Source of the DNA: Eledone cirrhosa
Taxonomy: Eukaryota
Length of the DNA stretch: 64,000 nucleotides
Assembly (NCBI GenBank): GCA_964016885.1
Contig: OZ024752.1
Coordinates: 18,972,001 to 19,036,000 of the forward strand
Direction of reading: 5' to 3'
Position numbers and translations under genes: made by a program. Within the stretch, counting starts at the first letter, position 1. The number at the start of each line of letters is the position of its first letter. Below, one piece after another: positions 1 through 12,376 of the stretch. The notes under the pieces are model-generated. The model was given only the letters and a program-made list of their open reading frames with translations. It ran no database searches and was not told the DNA's origin.

Positions 1-2750
1 CTGTTAGTGAAAAACGCTGATACCTGAAGAAGGTAGACGAGAGAAAAATGCTTAATAAAAGATTCAGACGAAACCAAACATCAGTCTATAGAGATATGAA
101 GGGCAAAATAATAAGTGTCACTGAGGCCCCATCCCAGAAAGACATAGATTCCTTTTGGAGCAAAATTTGGGGTGAAAAGAAGAATTTCAACCAAGATGCA
201 GTGTGGCTAAGAGAAATCCGAAAGAACTATTGCTCCTACACTACAACAAAAACAAGTGAGGGTACCCTTGAGACTGTGATAGGAAAACTCCAAGATAAGA
301 AAACACCAGGAAGAGACATGATTGTCGGCTACTGGTACAAAAAACTAATATTCTATCGGAGGTATCTTACCGACCTCTACCAACAAGTTCTTAAGGGAGA
401 TACACTTATACCAGAATGGTTGACATTAGCACAAACGTTACTGGTCCCCAAGAACAAAGACACTCACTTGGCAAAAAACTACCGACCCATTGCATGCCAG
501 AACCTGATGTATAAGATGTATACAGCCTGCCTGAACCTATTCCTCCAAGATCACTGTGAAAATAATAACATCATCACAGATGAACAAGCAGCTGGAAAGA
601 AAAGGGTTTGGGGATGTGCTGAACAACTCCTAATCAACAAAACTGCGATGTCGGAGGTGCGACAACTTAGGAGGAATATGACTACAGTCTGGCTGGACTA
701 CAAGAAAGCTTTCAATTCTGTTCCTCACTCTTGGATGATATAGAGGCCGCCCTCCAACTTGCTAAAGTCCCAGACATTATTGTCAGAGCCATAATATTGC
801 AGGGGTATATTTTAGGGGGACAGTCTCTCTGTGATATTGTTCATCTTGTCATTAAACCCCTTGTCCTTTCTGCTCAAGAAATGTGAGGGATACATCATTG
901 CCTCACAGGAGGACAGAAATATGAACCTAACCCATAACTTCTTTGTGGACGATCTGAAACTCTATGCCAAGAACATGGATGGGATGAAGAAAAATCTTGA
1001 CCTGGTTACAACGTTCTCAAAGGATATAGGAATGGAGTTTGGCCAAGATAAATGCTCATACATGACTGTAAAGCGGGGAAAAACAACAACCCAATCTAGC
1101 AACATTGTTATCAATGGTCTAACTGTTTCACCGATATCTGATGAGGACTGCTACAGATACCTGGGGATAGATGAGAACATATCCTCTAATGGGATCTGTA
1201 ATAAAGAACGCGTAACCAGGGAATACTACACCCGATTAAGAAAGATCTGGTCATCGGAACTCTCTGCGCAAAACAAAACAGTGGCTCACAATGTGTTTGC
1301 TGTGCCTGTCCTAACACCAACGTTTGGAATACTCAATTGGACAATAGACGAAATCCGAGCAGTTGATGTTCGAACTCGAAAAATACTGAACAACACCCGA
1401 AACTTCCACATCAACAGTGACATAGACCGCCTTTACTTGAAACATAAGCAGGGAGGCAGAGGCCTAACATCAGTCCAGACAACATTTGAATGTCGCATTA
1501 TATGTCTCCGACAACATCTACGAACCTCGAAGCGTAGGAGCCCGCTTCTCGAGCAAGTCTATCTGCATGAAACAGAGAAGATCATGAGAGTTGGGAAGGA
1601 ACTCCTCGAGATATATTCCCTGTGTGATAATCAAAAACTCACACCCAGGGATGTTGCTCAGCAGTATCGCAGTGAATCCATGGATGAAAAACTGCATGCC
1701 TATCAGCAAAAAATCATGCATGGATATGTTGCCAGGAAGCTCCAAAGTGAGAGTAATATAGATAAGGAAAGTAGTCTATCTTGGACCAACAACCGCTATA
1801 TTGGCTTCCACTTTGAAGGATACGCTTTTGCAATCCAAGAACAGGAGATTAGCATGAAATACCTGATTCACAAAAGAGATAGGGATGCAGGCAAAACACC
1901 TAGATGTAATAACAAGTGCAGACTCTGCAGAACTAACATCGAGGATATCACCCATGTCATCAGCAGCTGTCCAAAGATGTCATCGCGGTACTATCTACCT
2001 ATGAGGCATGATGTAGTGGCCAAAACACTGTACAATGCAGTTCGTAAAAAAGATAGCCCCGATAATAAACACATTAAAAGCTACAACAATGTGGAAGACA
2101 TCCATGTACATAATATGAAAGAGTACTGGTGGTGGAATGTTCCAGTAAAAACCCCAATAAAATGCAGGCATAACAGACCAGATATTATGATATGGGACAG
2201 GGAGAAGAAAACATGCACAGTAGTGGAAATTAGCTGCCCAGCAGATGCCAATATAATATCAAGGATTAGTGAAAAGGAGAATATCTATGCAGAACTGATG
2301 AGAAATCTGCAGATACTCCACCCTGATTACACCTTCAGATTTATGCCTGTGATTATTGGGGCACTGGGATATGTTAGTAACTGCCTCAATACAAATCTTG
2401 AGAAGCTGGGCTTCACAGGAAAGAACACAAGAAAGAAAGAACACAACTAGTTAGGAAACTACAAGTACAATCCATTAATGGAACAGTAAAAATTTGTAAA
2501 ACATTCCAAAAATTTTGCATCTAATAACTGCATATACACATGTACAGATACAAAGCATATATACATGCACACATACAACTCAAAACATACACATCCACAC
2601 ATACAATAACATCCATATCTACACATGCATGCATACATACATATCTACCTAGTTGATGTTGTGTAAATTCCAATGAGAGAGTCTTGTATCTGTTAGAAAC
2701 CAACTCTCTCTCTATTGGTAAAACTTTGTGAAATTATAAAACCAGAACAT
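1..2750 (+). mobile_element. R4/Dong-like non-LTR retrotransposon (RT + CCHC zinc knuckle + restriction-like endonuclease), disrupted; 5' part lies outside the window
   Basis: ORFs 48-743 and 831-2450 carry RT motifs NYRPIAC, WLDYKKAFNSVPH and FFVDDLKLY, then CRLC..EDITHVISSC, RHD and NRPDI...VEISCP. A stop, frameshift and internal deletion lie near 744-830; another frameshift lies near 2450 with the C-terminus ending about 2524. The 3' UTR ends in (ACAT)n. Confidence 0.9.
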
Positions 2751-2767
2751 ACATACATACATACATA

Positions 2768-2806
<39 letters not shown>

Positions 2807-2847
2807 TATATACATACATTATTATTATTATATATATATATATACAT

Positions 2848-3120
2848 TGGATTGGCAGTATCGGTAGAGGGTCGGACGCCATGCTTTCCAGCATAGTTAC
2901 GTCCCTTTACGATCTGAGTTCAAATCCCTCCGAGGATTGGCAGTATCGGTAGAGGCTCGGACGCCATGCTTTGACGTTTAGAGTTACAGCCCTTGCCATC
3001 CTGAGTTCAAATCCCGCCGGGGGTTAACTTTGCCTTTCATCCTTACGGGGTCGATAATATAAAGTACCAGTAATGCACTGGGTTATTGCTGGCCTTGTGC
3101 CAATAGTAGAAACAATTATT
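2848..3120 (+). mobile_element. tRNA-derived SINE (family 1) with partially duplicated 5' head
   Basis: A-box-like tggcagtatcgg, B-box gagttcaaatccc, body tttgcctttcatccttacggggtcgataa (resembles the Meta/MESC-type SINE domain) and a tail running into (TTA)n. More than 15 copies occur in the window. Confidence 0.85.
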
Positions 3121-3177
3121 ATTATAATATATATATATATATATATATACATATATTATTATAATATATATATATAT

Positions 3178-5785
3178 CATCATCATCATCATCATCAACG
3201 TTTAACGTCCGTGTTCCACGCTTGCATGGGTTTGGACGGGGGTAGTCCCACTTGAGGCAAGAGTGATTGTCTTGCTCGCATAGGACTGTCTGGCAGGTTT
3301 TCTACAGTTGGATGCCCTTCCTAACACCAACCACATTTACAGTGTGGGTCTGGGAGGTTTTTACCGTGTTGCCTACACGGCCACATTACAGCGTGGACTG
3401 TGTGTTTTTTTGTCGTGACACCTACACGATCTCATTTGTTTCGGCCTGGATGGCGCGGCACCAACATAACTTTACATAGAACGGGGTGGTGTGGATGGGG
3501 TGGGGGTGGTGGCGGGACGGGGTGTATTTTGTTAGAGATGCCTACTGGCAAGGCGGGTCTTCTCTGTTACTGAGTACCGCCAAAGGTCTCGGTCCAGTGA
3601 CATTGTCTTGGAGAGGTGTAAGTGTGTGAGGTCGGAGTTTATCAGCTCGTCCCAGGTTTTTCTAGGTCTGCCTATTCCGTGGCTACCATCTATCTTTATT
3701 GCCCTGCACTTTGTTATACAGCTATCGACTTTCATGCGCATCACGTGTCCATACCAACGTAGCCTTCTCTCGAGTAAACAACATCTGATCCCTCTTATCT
3801 CTAATTTTTTCCTTAGTTCGTTTATGTTTTGCCGTTCACGTATATTACTGTTACACATCCAGCGGAGCATGCAAGCTTCGTTCCTCTCTAGTCTGCGTAT
3901 ATCCTCTGCACACAATGCCCAGGTCTCACTGCCATGCAACATTGCTGTTCGTATGCAGGCATCGTACAACCTGCCTTTCATTTTTAGGGAGAACCCTTTA
4001 GCAGCTTATAGTGGTATAAGCTCTCTGAACTTTTTCCAACCAGTTCTGACTCTAGCTACAGTACTTTCAGAGCACCCTCCCCCACTGCTGATTTTATCGC
4101 CCAGGTAACGGAAGCTGTCCACTATTTCTATAGAACCCTCTGCGCAATTGAAAGAGCTAGTATTTTGTGGGCACTTGCTGCTACTTATTGCACCAGAACA
4201 CCAGCCACATGTAAAATCTATGTTCTTAGTTAGCTTACCTGTGATCCCACTACATCTTTTATGCACCCATACTTTGCATTTAGGACATAAAATGGAGTTT
4301 CTACCTACGCCTTTCCTACACACCGAGCACGACCATTTCCCAGAAGGGACTGCCGCCTTGTTTTCTTTCCTACAAACTAGAACTTTGGTCTTAGCCAGGT
4401 TAATTTTAAGTCCTTTTGACTCTAGGCCGTGCTTCCATGTTTGGAATTTCTTCTCTAGCTCAGCCATTGATTCCGCTATGAGTGTCAGGTCGTCTGTGTA
4501 TAGGAGTTCCCATGGGCAGCCTGTCTTGAACTCCTCTGTTATAGCCTGAAGGGCAATAATAAATAGTAGGGGGCTGAGAACAGAGCCCTGATGGACGCCA
4601 ACTTTTACGCTAAACTCTTCACTATATTCGTTGTTAATTCTAACCTTGCTGACTGTTTCTTTATACATGGCTTGTATAGCCCTCACAAGCCATTCGTCAA
4701 CGCCTAGTTTTCTAAGAGCCCACCAGATAATGGAGCGGGGGACTCTGTCGAAGGCTTTCTCCAGGTCGACAAAAGCTAAGTAGAGGGGTTTACCTTTAGC
4801 TAGGTACTTCTCCTGTAGTTGTCGTACTATGAAAAGAGCGTCTGTGGTGCTTTTGCCTGACACAAACCCGAACTGCATTTCATCTAGGTCAATTCTCTCT
4901 CTGATTAGTTGCGCTATTACTTTTTCCGTGACCTTCATGACCTGGTCGATTAATTTAATGCCTCTATAGTTACTCCTATCTAGGGCGTCTCCTTTACCCT
5001 TATAACAGTTAACGATGATGCTGCTATGCCAGTCCTTCGGAACAACCCCATTCTGTATGACTTGGTTAACTATGCGGGTGACCATGGTGTGTCCCACCGT
5101 GCCAGATGCCTTCAGCATCTCAGCAACTATTTCCGAAGGCCCAGCCGCCTTACCCGTCTTCATATCCTTGATTGCCTTACTTATTATACTCCCCTCGACT
5201 AACACTGCTGGTCCCTCTATTGGGTCGATATGGGGGAGACTGTCTTTCTCCCATTTATTCTCCTCATTTAGTAGCCTTTCATAGTGACACTTCCAAGCTA
5301 CCTTCTTATCAGTGTCGGTGATGGCAAATATGCCATCATCGTTAAGTACACACTTCTCCCCGACAATATCACGGTTTTCCTTGACGCATTGCCTAGCAAT
5401 CCTGAACACCTCACGTTTTTGGTCATCGCGTTGTAGAACATGCTTGAACTTTCTTTCCTCAGCTTCCCTTCTTGCTAAGTACACTTGTCTCCTAGCTTCC
5501 CTCCTGGCCACTTGATAGTCTACTCTACTTCCCTCATCCCGCCATACTTTCCAAGCCTGCTTTTTGGCCTTAATTGACCCCTCCACCTTACTGTTCCACC
5601 ACCATGTTACTCTCCTCCTGCCTACAGGCCTGCTCCAGCCACAGACTTCGTCTGTCGCCAACAGCAGGTTTGCTTTCAGAAATTCCCACTGTCCCTCTAT
5701 ATTGTCCGACTCTAGATGCTCTTCCTTACTGTCGAAAGCATCAAGTAATATGCTTTGAAATTTATTTCTGGCTGTGGGGTCCTTT
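3178..5785 (-). mobile_element. RTE-clade LINE, subfamily A, 5'-truncated (no APE domain), with about 350 nt 3' UTR and (GAT)n tail
   Basis: ORFs 4006-5799 and 3532-3981 form one frame split by a single TAA (TTA in the copy at 16840-18143). Motifs: [55 protein letters not shown]. Both ends are embedded in (TA)n arrays. Confidence 0.93.
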
Positions 5786-5973
5786 ATATATATATACATA
5801 TATTATTATAATATATATATATATATATACATACATATATTATTATAATATATATATATATATATATATACATACATATATTATTTACGAGGTCGATAAA
5901 ATAAAGTACCAGTAATACACTGGGGTATTTGCTGGCCTTGTGCCAAAAATAGAAACAATTATTATATATATAT

Positions 5974-6318
5974 GGAGGCACATGGCTTAGTGGTTAGAGC
6001 ATTGGCCTTGCAATCGAAAGGTTGTGAGTTCAATTTTCAGACCGGGTGATGTGTTGTTTCCTTGAGCAAGACACTTTATTTCCCATTGCTCCAGTTTACT
6101 CAGCTGTAGAAATGAGATGATAGAGACTGGGGTCCATATCATTCCACTGCAAAGTGGTCGTGGTGGTGCCACGGTAAAAAAGCACCCAGCACTCACTGTA
6201 AATGAGGTTGGTGTTAGGAAGGGCATCCAGCTGTAGAAATCAAGCCAGAATCAGTTCCCGTCCCACCCTTGCAAGCATGGAAAAGCGGACGTAAAATGAT
6301 GATGATGATGATGATGAT
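5974..6318 (+). mobile_element. tRNA-derived CORE-type SINE (family 2) with RTE-derived tail
   Basis: Head ggcttagtggttagagc...gagttcaatt, CORE-like tccttgagcaagacacttt...ctgtagaaatgag, and a tail matching RTE 3' ends followed by (GAT)n. Confidence 0.85.
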
Positions 6319-6420
6319 ATACATACATATATTATTATTATATATATATATATATACATACATATATTATTATATATTGCTGGCCTTGTGCCAAAAGTAG
6401 AAACAATTATTATTATATAT

Positions 6421-6758
6421 CATCATCATCATTATCATTTTACGTACGCCTTTCCCTGCTTGCAAGGGTGGGACGGGAACTGGTTCTGGCTAGATTTCTA
6501 CAGTTGGATGCCCTTCCTAACACCAACCTCATTTACAGTGAGTGCTGGGTGCTTTTTTGTCGTGGCACGTCCACGACCACTTTGCAGTGGAATGATAAGG
6601 ACCTCAGTCCCTAGCATCTCATTTCTACAGCTGAGTAAACTGGAGCAATGTGAAATAAAGTGTCTTGCTCAAGGAAACAACACATCACCCGGTCTGAGAA
6701 TTGAACTCACAACCTTTCGATTGCAAGGCCAATGCTCTAACCACTAAGCCATGTGCCT
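6421..6758 (-). mobile_element. CORE-type SINE (family 2), inverted relative to 5974-6318
   Basis: The reverse complement is highly similar to 5974-6318 and 36580-36927. Confidence 0.85.
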
Positions 6759-6928
6759 ATATATATATGTATATATATATATATAGATATATATATATAT
6801 ATATAGATATATAGATATATAGAGATATATAGATATATAGATATATATATATATATAGATATATAGATATATATAGATATATATATATATATATATATAT
6901 ATATGGAGGCACTGATCAGGTAAGAAAA

Positions 6929-8296
6929 ATGGTCGCACATGCAATAGGGGCTAGTATCAAAACTACCCTAAAGGGCCACATATTTAAGTTCAATGAGAAA
7001 ATCTACACCCAAAATGAGGGAGCAGCCATCGGCGTCAGCATAGCTGGTGATGTTGCCAACCTTTTCATGGTATGGTGGGAAAGGAGACTTAAAGATCTCC
7101 TTAATGAAAGCTCCATAGACCTCATCATGTACTCTCGTTATGTAGACGATATCAATATAGTTATAAGAACACCCCCACTAGAGAGCACTAACAAGTTTGA
7201 TTTAGAACGTAGCACGATGGAAAGCATCCAGCAGATAGCTAATTCCATACACCAGAGTATAACTGTAACTATAGACTTCCCTTCCAAACACCCTAACAAT
7301 AGACTACCTGTATTAGACACAGAACTCTGGATTAACACTATAGACGAGAGAGCCCAAATTCTCCACTCACACTATGCTAAACCCATGGCCTCCAAATACC
7401 TGATACTCAAAAACTCAGCAATGTCCAGTAGTGCTAAGTTTAATATTCTGATCGCAGATTTGGTACGAGTGATGAAGAATGTGTCCAGCATGTGCGACCC
7501 AACAGAAATGGAAGGACACATCCAACACTTCATCAACCGCATGCAGTTCTCTGGCTACAACCAAAGAGACAGAGTCAGAGTATACGAAGGAGCCATGGAA
7601 AAGTATAAGACCCTCATAGAACTGGACATGAAAGGAATTTTCCCACTATACAGGAGCAAATCATGGAATAGCTTAGATAGGGCTAGACATAAGATAGGGA
7701 AGGCCACATCATGGTACGACAACCAGAGATATCAGAGTGTCATGTTTGTGGACGCCACCCCTGGAGGGAAATTAGCTAACCAGTGTAGAAAGGCCCTGAG
7801 AAAGACCCACTTAAAAATAAAGGTGGTAGAAAAGCCAGGAACCACCATAAAATCCCTGATCAGCAAAACCTACCCTTTTAAGAAAACCCACTGTACCAAT
7901 AGGAAATGCATCATATGTAAGGTGAACCCCCGGATAAACTGTAAAACTAGAAACGTAGTCTATAGCATAAGATGTACAGAGGGTACTTGCAGAAACACGA
8001 CAACAACATACATAGGTGAGACAGCTCGTAGCATAGGTGAAAGGATAGACCAACACTGGGGGGAACTAAAAGGACGAAAAAACGGGTCAGTACTATACGA
8101 ACATGCTAGACAACAACATGACGGTAACATAGACAACATAGAAATTAGAATAATATCTAAACATAGGAATGACCCAGCAGATAGGCAAATCAGAGAGGCC
8201 AGTGAAATAGAAATTAGAAGACCAAAGCTAAACAGAAAGAATGAGTGGAACAACAACAACACCCAAACAAACAACACTGACCTAAGAGAAGTATAA
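6929..8296 (+). CDS. Partial PLE polyprotein (RT C-terminal half, thumb, GIY-YIG endonuclease)
   Basis: 455 aa open frame with the motifs above; lacks the N-terminal RT motifs because of 5' truncation. Confidence 0.8.
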   Translation: MVAHAIGASIKTTLKGHIFKFNEKIYTQNEGAAIGVSIAGDVANLFMVWWERRLKDLLNESSIDLIMYSRYVDDINIVIRTPPLESTNKFDLERSTMESIQQIANSIHQSITVTIDFPSKHPNNRLPVLDTELWINTIDERAQILHSHYAKPMASKYLILKNSAMSSSAKFNILIADLVRVMKNVSSMCDPTEMEGHIQHFINRMQFSGYNQRDRVRVYEGAMEKYKTLIELDMKGIFPLYRSKSWNSLDRARHKIGKATSWYDNQRYQSVMFVDATPGGKLANQCRKALRKTHLKIKVVEKPGTTIKSLISKTYPFKKTHCTNRKCIICKVNPRINCKTRNVVYSIRCTEGTCRNTTTTYIGETARSIGERIDQHWGELKGRKNGSVLYEHARQQHDGNIDNIEIRIISKHRNDPADRQIREASEIEIRRPKLNRKNEWNNNNTQTNNTDLREV

Positions 8297-8512
8297 ATAA
8301 ATAAGTAAATTAAATTAAATAAAATAAGATAAATAAATACATACACAAGCACATAAACACACACTAGTCACCCAGCAGACACAACACTATACACACTAGT
8401 CACACATCACACATAACACTATACACACACGCAAACGCATGCGCAAAGAAGACAAAATAAAATAAGATAAACAAACAAGCAAATAAATAAATAAATATAT
8501 AGACAGACTGAA

Positions 8513-8547
<35 letters not shown>

Positions 8548-8585
8548 GTAGACATACAACACAACAGGAGGAACAATGAATATAA

Positions 8586-8626
8586 CACCACTGACGATGT
8601 TGCAGATGTGCAACGAAAGATTTATG
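8586..8626 (+). ncRNA. Minimal type I hammerhead ribozyme motif in the PLE 3' repeat (stem I weak)
   Basis: CTGACGA (8591), stem II gttgca/tgcaac, GAAA (8615), short stem III and a UA cleavage site. A decayed homologue lies on the minus strand near 57690-57725. Confidence 0.55.
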
Positions 8627-8840
8627 TAAATTATGTAAACTATATATATATGTGTTTGTCTATATTGTATCTGTATTATTTTTGACCGCCGGTCAGTCAA
8701 TGGCAACATTGAGGACCGAGTAAGTTAGATCACAGATATATATATATAAAAGACAGCGAGAAGCGAAAACCAACGAAACAGTGAGTGTGTTCTGTTATTA
8801 ATTCTGGCAATATTACGCAAATATGACCCTCCCCAAATAT

Positions 8841-8914
<74 letters not shown>

Positions 8915-9672
8915 TTATTATTATTATATATATATTATTATTATTATATATATATTATTATTATTATTATTATATATATATTATTATTATTATATATGAC
9001 TTTTTCAAATTTCATTTGAAAAGGAAAATCAGAGTAGAGAGGGAAGTGCTCTCTTCCCAGCATTTTGTTGAAAGATGGGTGAGAGAAGCAAGAATGGCCC
9101 GAGTGAATGGGCCTACTCTGAGTATATATCTGTAAATTAAAGGTGGAAAACTGGGAGAGGGCACTTGCCTTGGTGGTCAGGGTCATTGTGGCTTTTTACT
9201 GGGCTTTCTCCACAAATGTCCCTCCGAAGTCTCCCCCCCTATTGGGGAATTTTTCATTGTTATTTTCATTGTTATTTTTGTTACATCCTCTGTTTTTGTT
9301 TTTTACACGCAGAAATGCCCATTTGTACCGTCCTGCATTGTCCTGCACTGTCCTTAATGTCTACTTTATGTAAACCCTTGTGGTTAATAAAGAAATCATT
9401 ATTATATATATATATATATTATTATTATTATATATATATATATATTATTATTATTATATATATATATATATTATTATTATTATATATATTATTATTATTA
9501 TATATATATATTATTATTATTATATATATATATTATTATTATTATATATATATATTATTATTATTATTATATATATATATTATTATTATTATTATATATA
9601 TATATATTATTATTATTATATATATATATATTATTATTATTATATATATATATTATTATTATTATATATATA

Positions 9673-9862
9673 GGCGGTGGATTGGCAGTATCGGTAGAGG
9701 GTCAGACACCATGCTTTCCAGCATAGTTACGTCCCTTTACGATCTGAGTTCAAATCCCGCCGAGGTTGACTTTGCCTTTCATCCTTACGAGGTCGATAAA
9801 ATAAAGTACCAGTAATGCACTGGGATAATTGATGGCCTTGTGCCAAAAGTAGAAACAATTAT
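9673..9862 (+). mobile_element. tRNA-derived SINE (family 1), full length
   Basis: ggcggtggattggcagtatcgg...gagttcaaatccc...gtagaaacaatt. Confidence 0.88.
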
Positions 9863-10351
9863 TATTATATATATATATATTATTATTATATATATATATA
9901 TTATTATTATATATATATATATTATTATTATTATATATATATATATTATTATTATATATATATATATATATTATTATTATTATATATATATATATATATA
10001 TTATTATTATATATATATATATATATTATTATTATATATATATATATATTATTATTATATATATATATATATATTATTATTATATATATATATATATTAT
10101 TATTATATATATATATATATTATTATTATATATATATATATATATATATTATTATTATATATATATATATATATATATATTATTATATATATATATATAT
10201 ATATATTATTATTATATATATATATATATATATATTATTATTATATATATATATATATATATTATTATTATATATATATATATATATATTATTATATATA
10301 TATATATATATATATTATTATTATATATATATATATATATATTATTATTAT

Positions 10352-10758
10352 AGATAAAAGCCGACCTTACCCAACTACACCTCTCAAAGTCAATGACACA
10401 CGACCGTGACTTCTGGCGTCACGCAGTAATACAGGGTACCCGACCTCCCATGGGTACATGCTGAAGCATATAAACAATATGCCCCCCCCCCTCCACCGCA
10501 AGGTGGCCGTGGAGGTGCCACGGCAAAAAAGCACCCAGCCCACACTGTAAAGTGGACGTGTAGGCGCCACGAAAAAGCACCCAGCACTCACTGTAAATGA
10601 GGTTGGTGTTAGGAAGGGCATCCAGCTGTAGAAATCAAGCCAGATCAGTTCCTGTATGAGCAAGGCATGGTCAGCCAACCAGACACTGCCCACAACAGGA
10701 CAACCCGTCTAACCCATGCTAGCGTGGAAGAACGGACGTAAAACGGTGATGATGATGA
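10352..10758 (+). mobile_element. RTE LINE subfamily B, 5'-truncated (last ~36 codons + 3' UTR)
   Basis: An unlisted frame reads IKADLTQLHLSKSMTHDRDFWRHAVIQGTRPPMGTC*, homologous to the RTE-A C-terminus [30 protein letters not shown]. Ends in (GAT)n. Confidence 0.85.
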
Positions 10759-10883
10759 TATATATATATATTATTATTATATATATATATATATATATTA
10801 TTATTATATATATATATATATATATTATTATATATATATATATATATTATTATTATATATATATATATATATATTATTATTAT

Positions 10884-11297
10884 AGATAAAAGCCGACCTT
10901 ACCCAACTACACCTCTCAAAGTCAATGACACACGACCGTGACTTCTGGCGTCACGCAGTAATACAGGGTACCCGACCTCCCATGGGTACATGCTGAAGCA
11001 TATAAACAATATGCCCCCCCCCCTCCACCGCAAGGTGGCCGTGGAGGTGCCACGGCAAAAAAGCACCCAGCCCACACTGTAAAGTGGACGTGTAGGCGCC
11101 ACGAAAAAGCACCCAGCACTCACTGTAAATGAGGTTGGTGTTAGGAAGGGCATCCAGCTGTAGAAATCAAGCCAGATCAGTTCCTGTATGAGCAAGGCAT
11201 GGTCAGCCAACCAGACACTGCCCACAACAGGACAACCCGTCTAACCCATGCTAGCGTGGAAGAACGGACGTAAAACGGTGATGATGATGATGATGAT
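10884..11297 (+). mobile_element. RTE LINE subfamily B fragment, apparently identical duplicate of 10352-10758
   Basis: Same 5' truncation point and sequence; identical ORF translations 532 bp apart. Confidence 0.85.
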
Positions 11298-11924
11298 ATA
11301 TATATATATTATTATTATATATATATATATATATTATTATTATATATATATATATATATATATATTATTATTATATATATATATATATATATATTATTAT
11401 TATATATATATATATATATATTATTATTATATATATATATATATATATATTATTATTATATATATATATATATATATATTATTATTATATATATATATAT
11501 ATATATTATTATTATATATATATATATATATATTATTATTATATATATATATATATATATTATTATTATATATATATATATATTATTATTATATATATAT
11601 ATATATTATTATTATATATATATATATATTATTATTATATATATATATATATATTATTATTATATATATATATATATATTATTATTATATATATATATAT
11701 ATATTATTATTATATATATATATATATATTATTATTATATATATATATATATATTATTATTATATATATATATATATATTATTATTATATATATATATAT
11801 ATATTATTATTATATATATATATATTATTATTATATATATATATATATATTATTATTATATATATATATATATATTATTATTATTATATATATATATATA
11901 ATAATAATATATATATATATATAT

Positions 11925-12259
11925 CACCCCCACCCCATCCACACCACCCCGTTCTATGTAAAGTTATGTTGGTGCCGCGCCATCGAGGCCGAAACAAATG
12001 AGATCGTGTAGGTGTCACGACAAAAAAACACACAGTCCACGCTGTAATGTGGCCGTGTTAGCAACACGGTAAAAACCTCCCAGACCCACACTGTAAATGT
12101 GGTTGGTGTTAGGAAGGGCATCCAACTGTAGAAAACCTGCCAGACAGTCCTATGCGAGCAAGACAATCACTCTTGCCTCAAGTGGGACTACCCCCGTCCA
12201 AACCCATGCAAGCGTGGAACACGGACGTTAAACGTTGATGATGATGATGATGATGATGA
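11925..12259 (+). mobile_element. RTE subfamily A, 3' UTR-only copy
   Basis: Reverse complement of about 3178-3508. Confidence 0.88.
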
Positions 12260-12376
12260 TATATTATTATTATATATATATATATATATATTATTATTAT
12301 TATATATATATATATATATATATATTATTATTATATATATATATATATATATTATTATTATATATATATATATATA

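Larger units (their letters stand above)
6905..8847 (+). mobile_element. Penelope-like element (RT + C-terminal GIY-YIG), 5'-truncated, with 3' terminal repeat
   Basis: Uninterrupted ORF 6929-8296 with [19 protein letters not shown], a Cys linker CxxxxCxxC and [14 protein letters not shown]...[16 protein letters not shown]...E...LN. Ends ...aaatataacaata into (TA)n. Confidence 0.92.
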
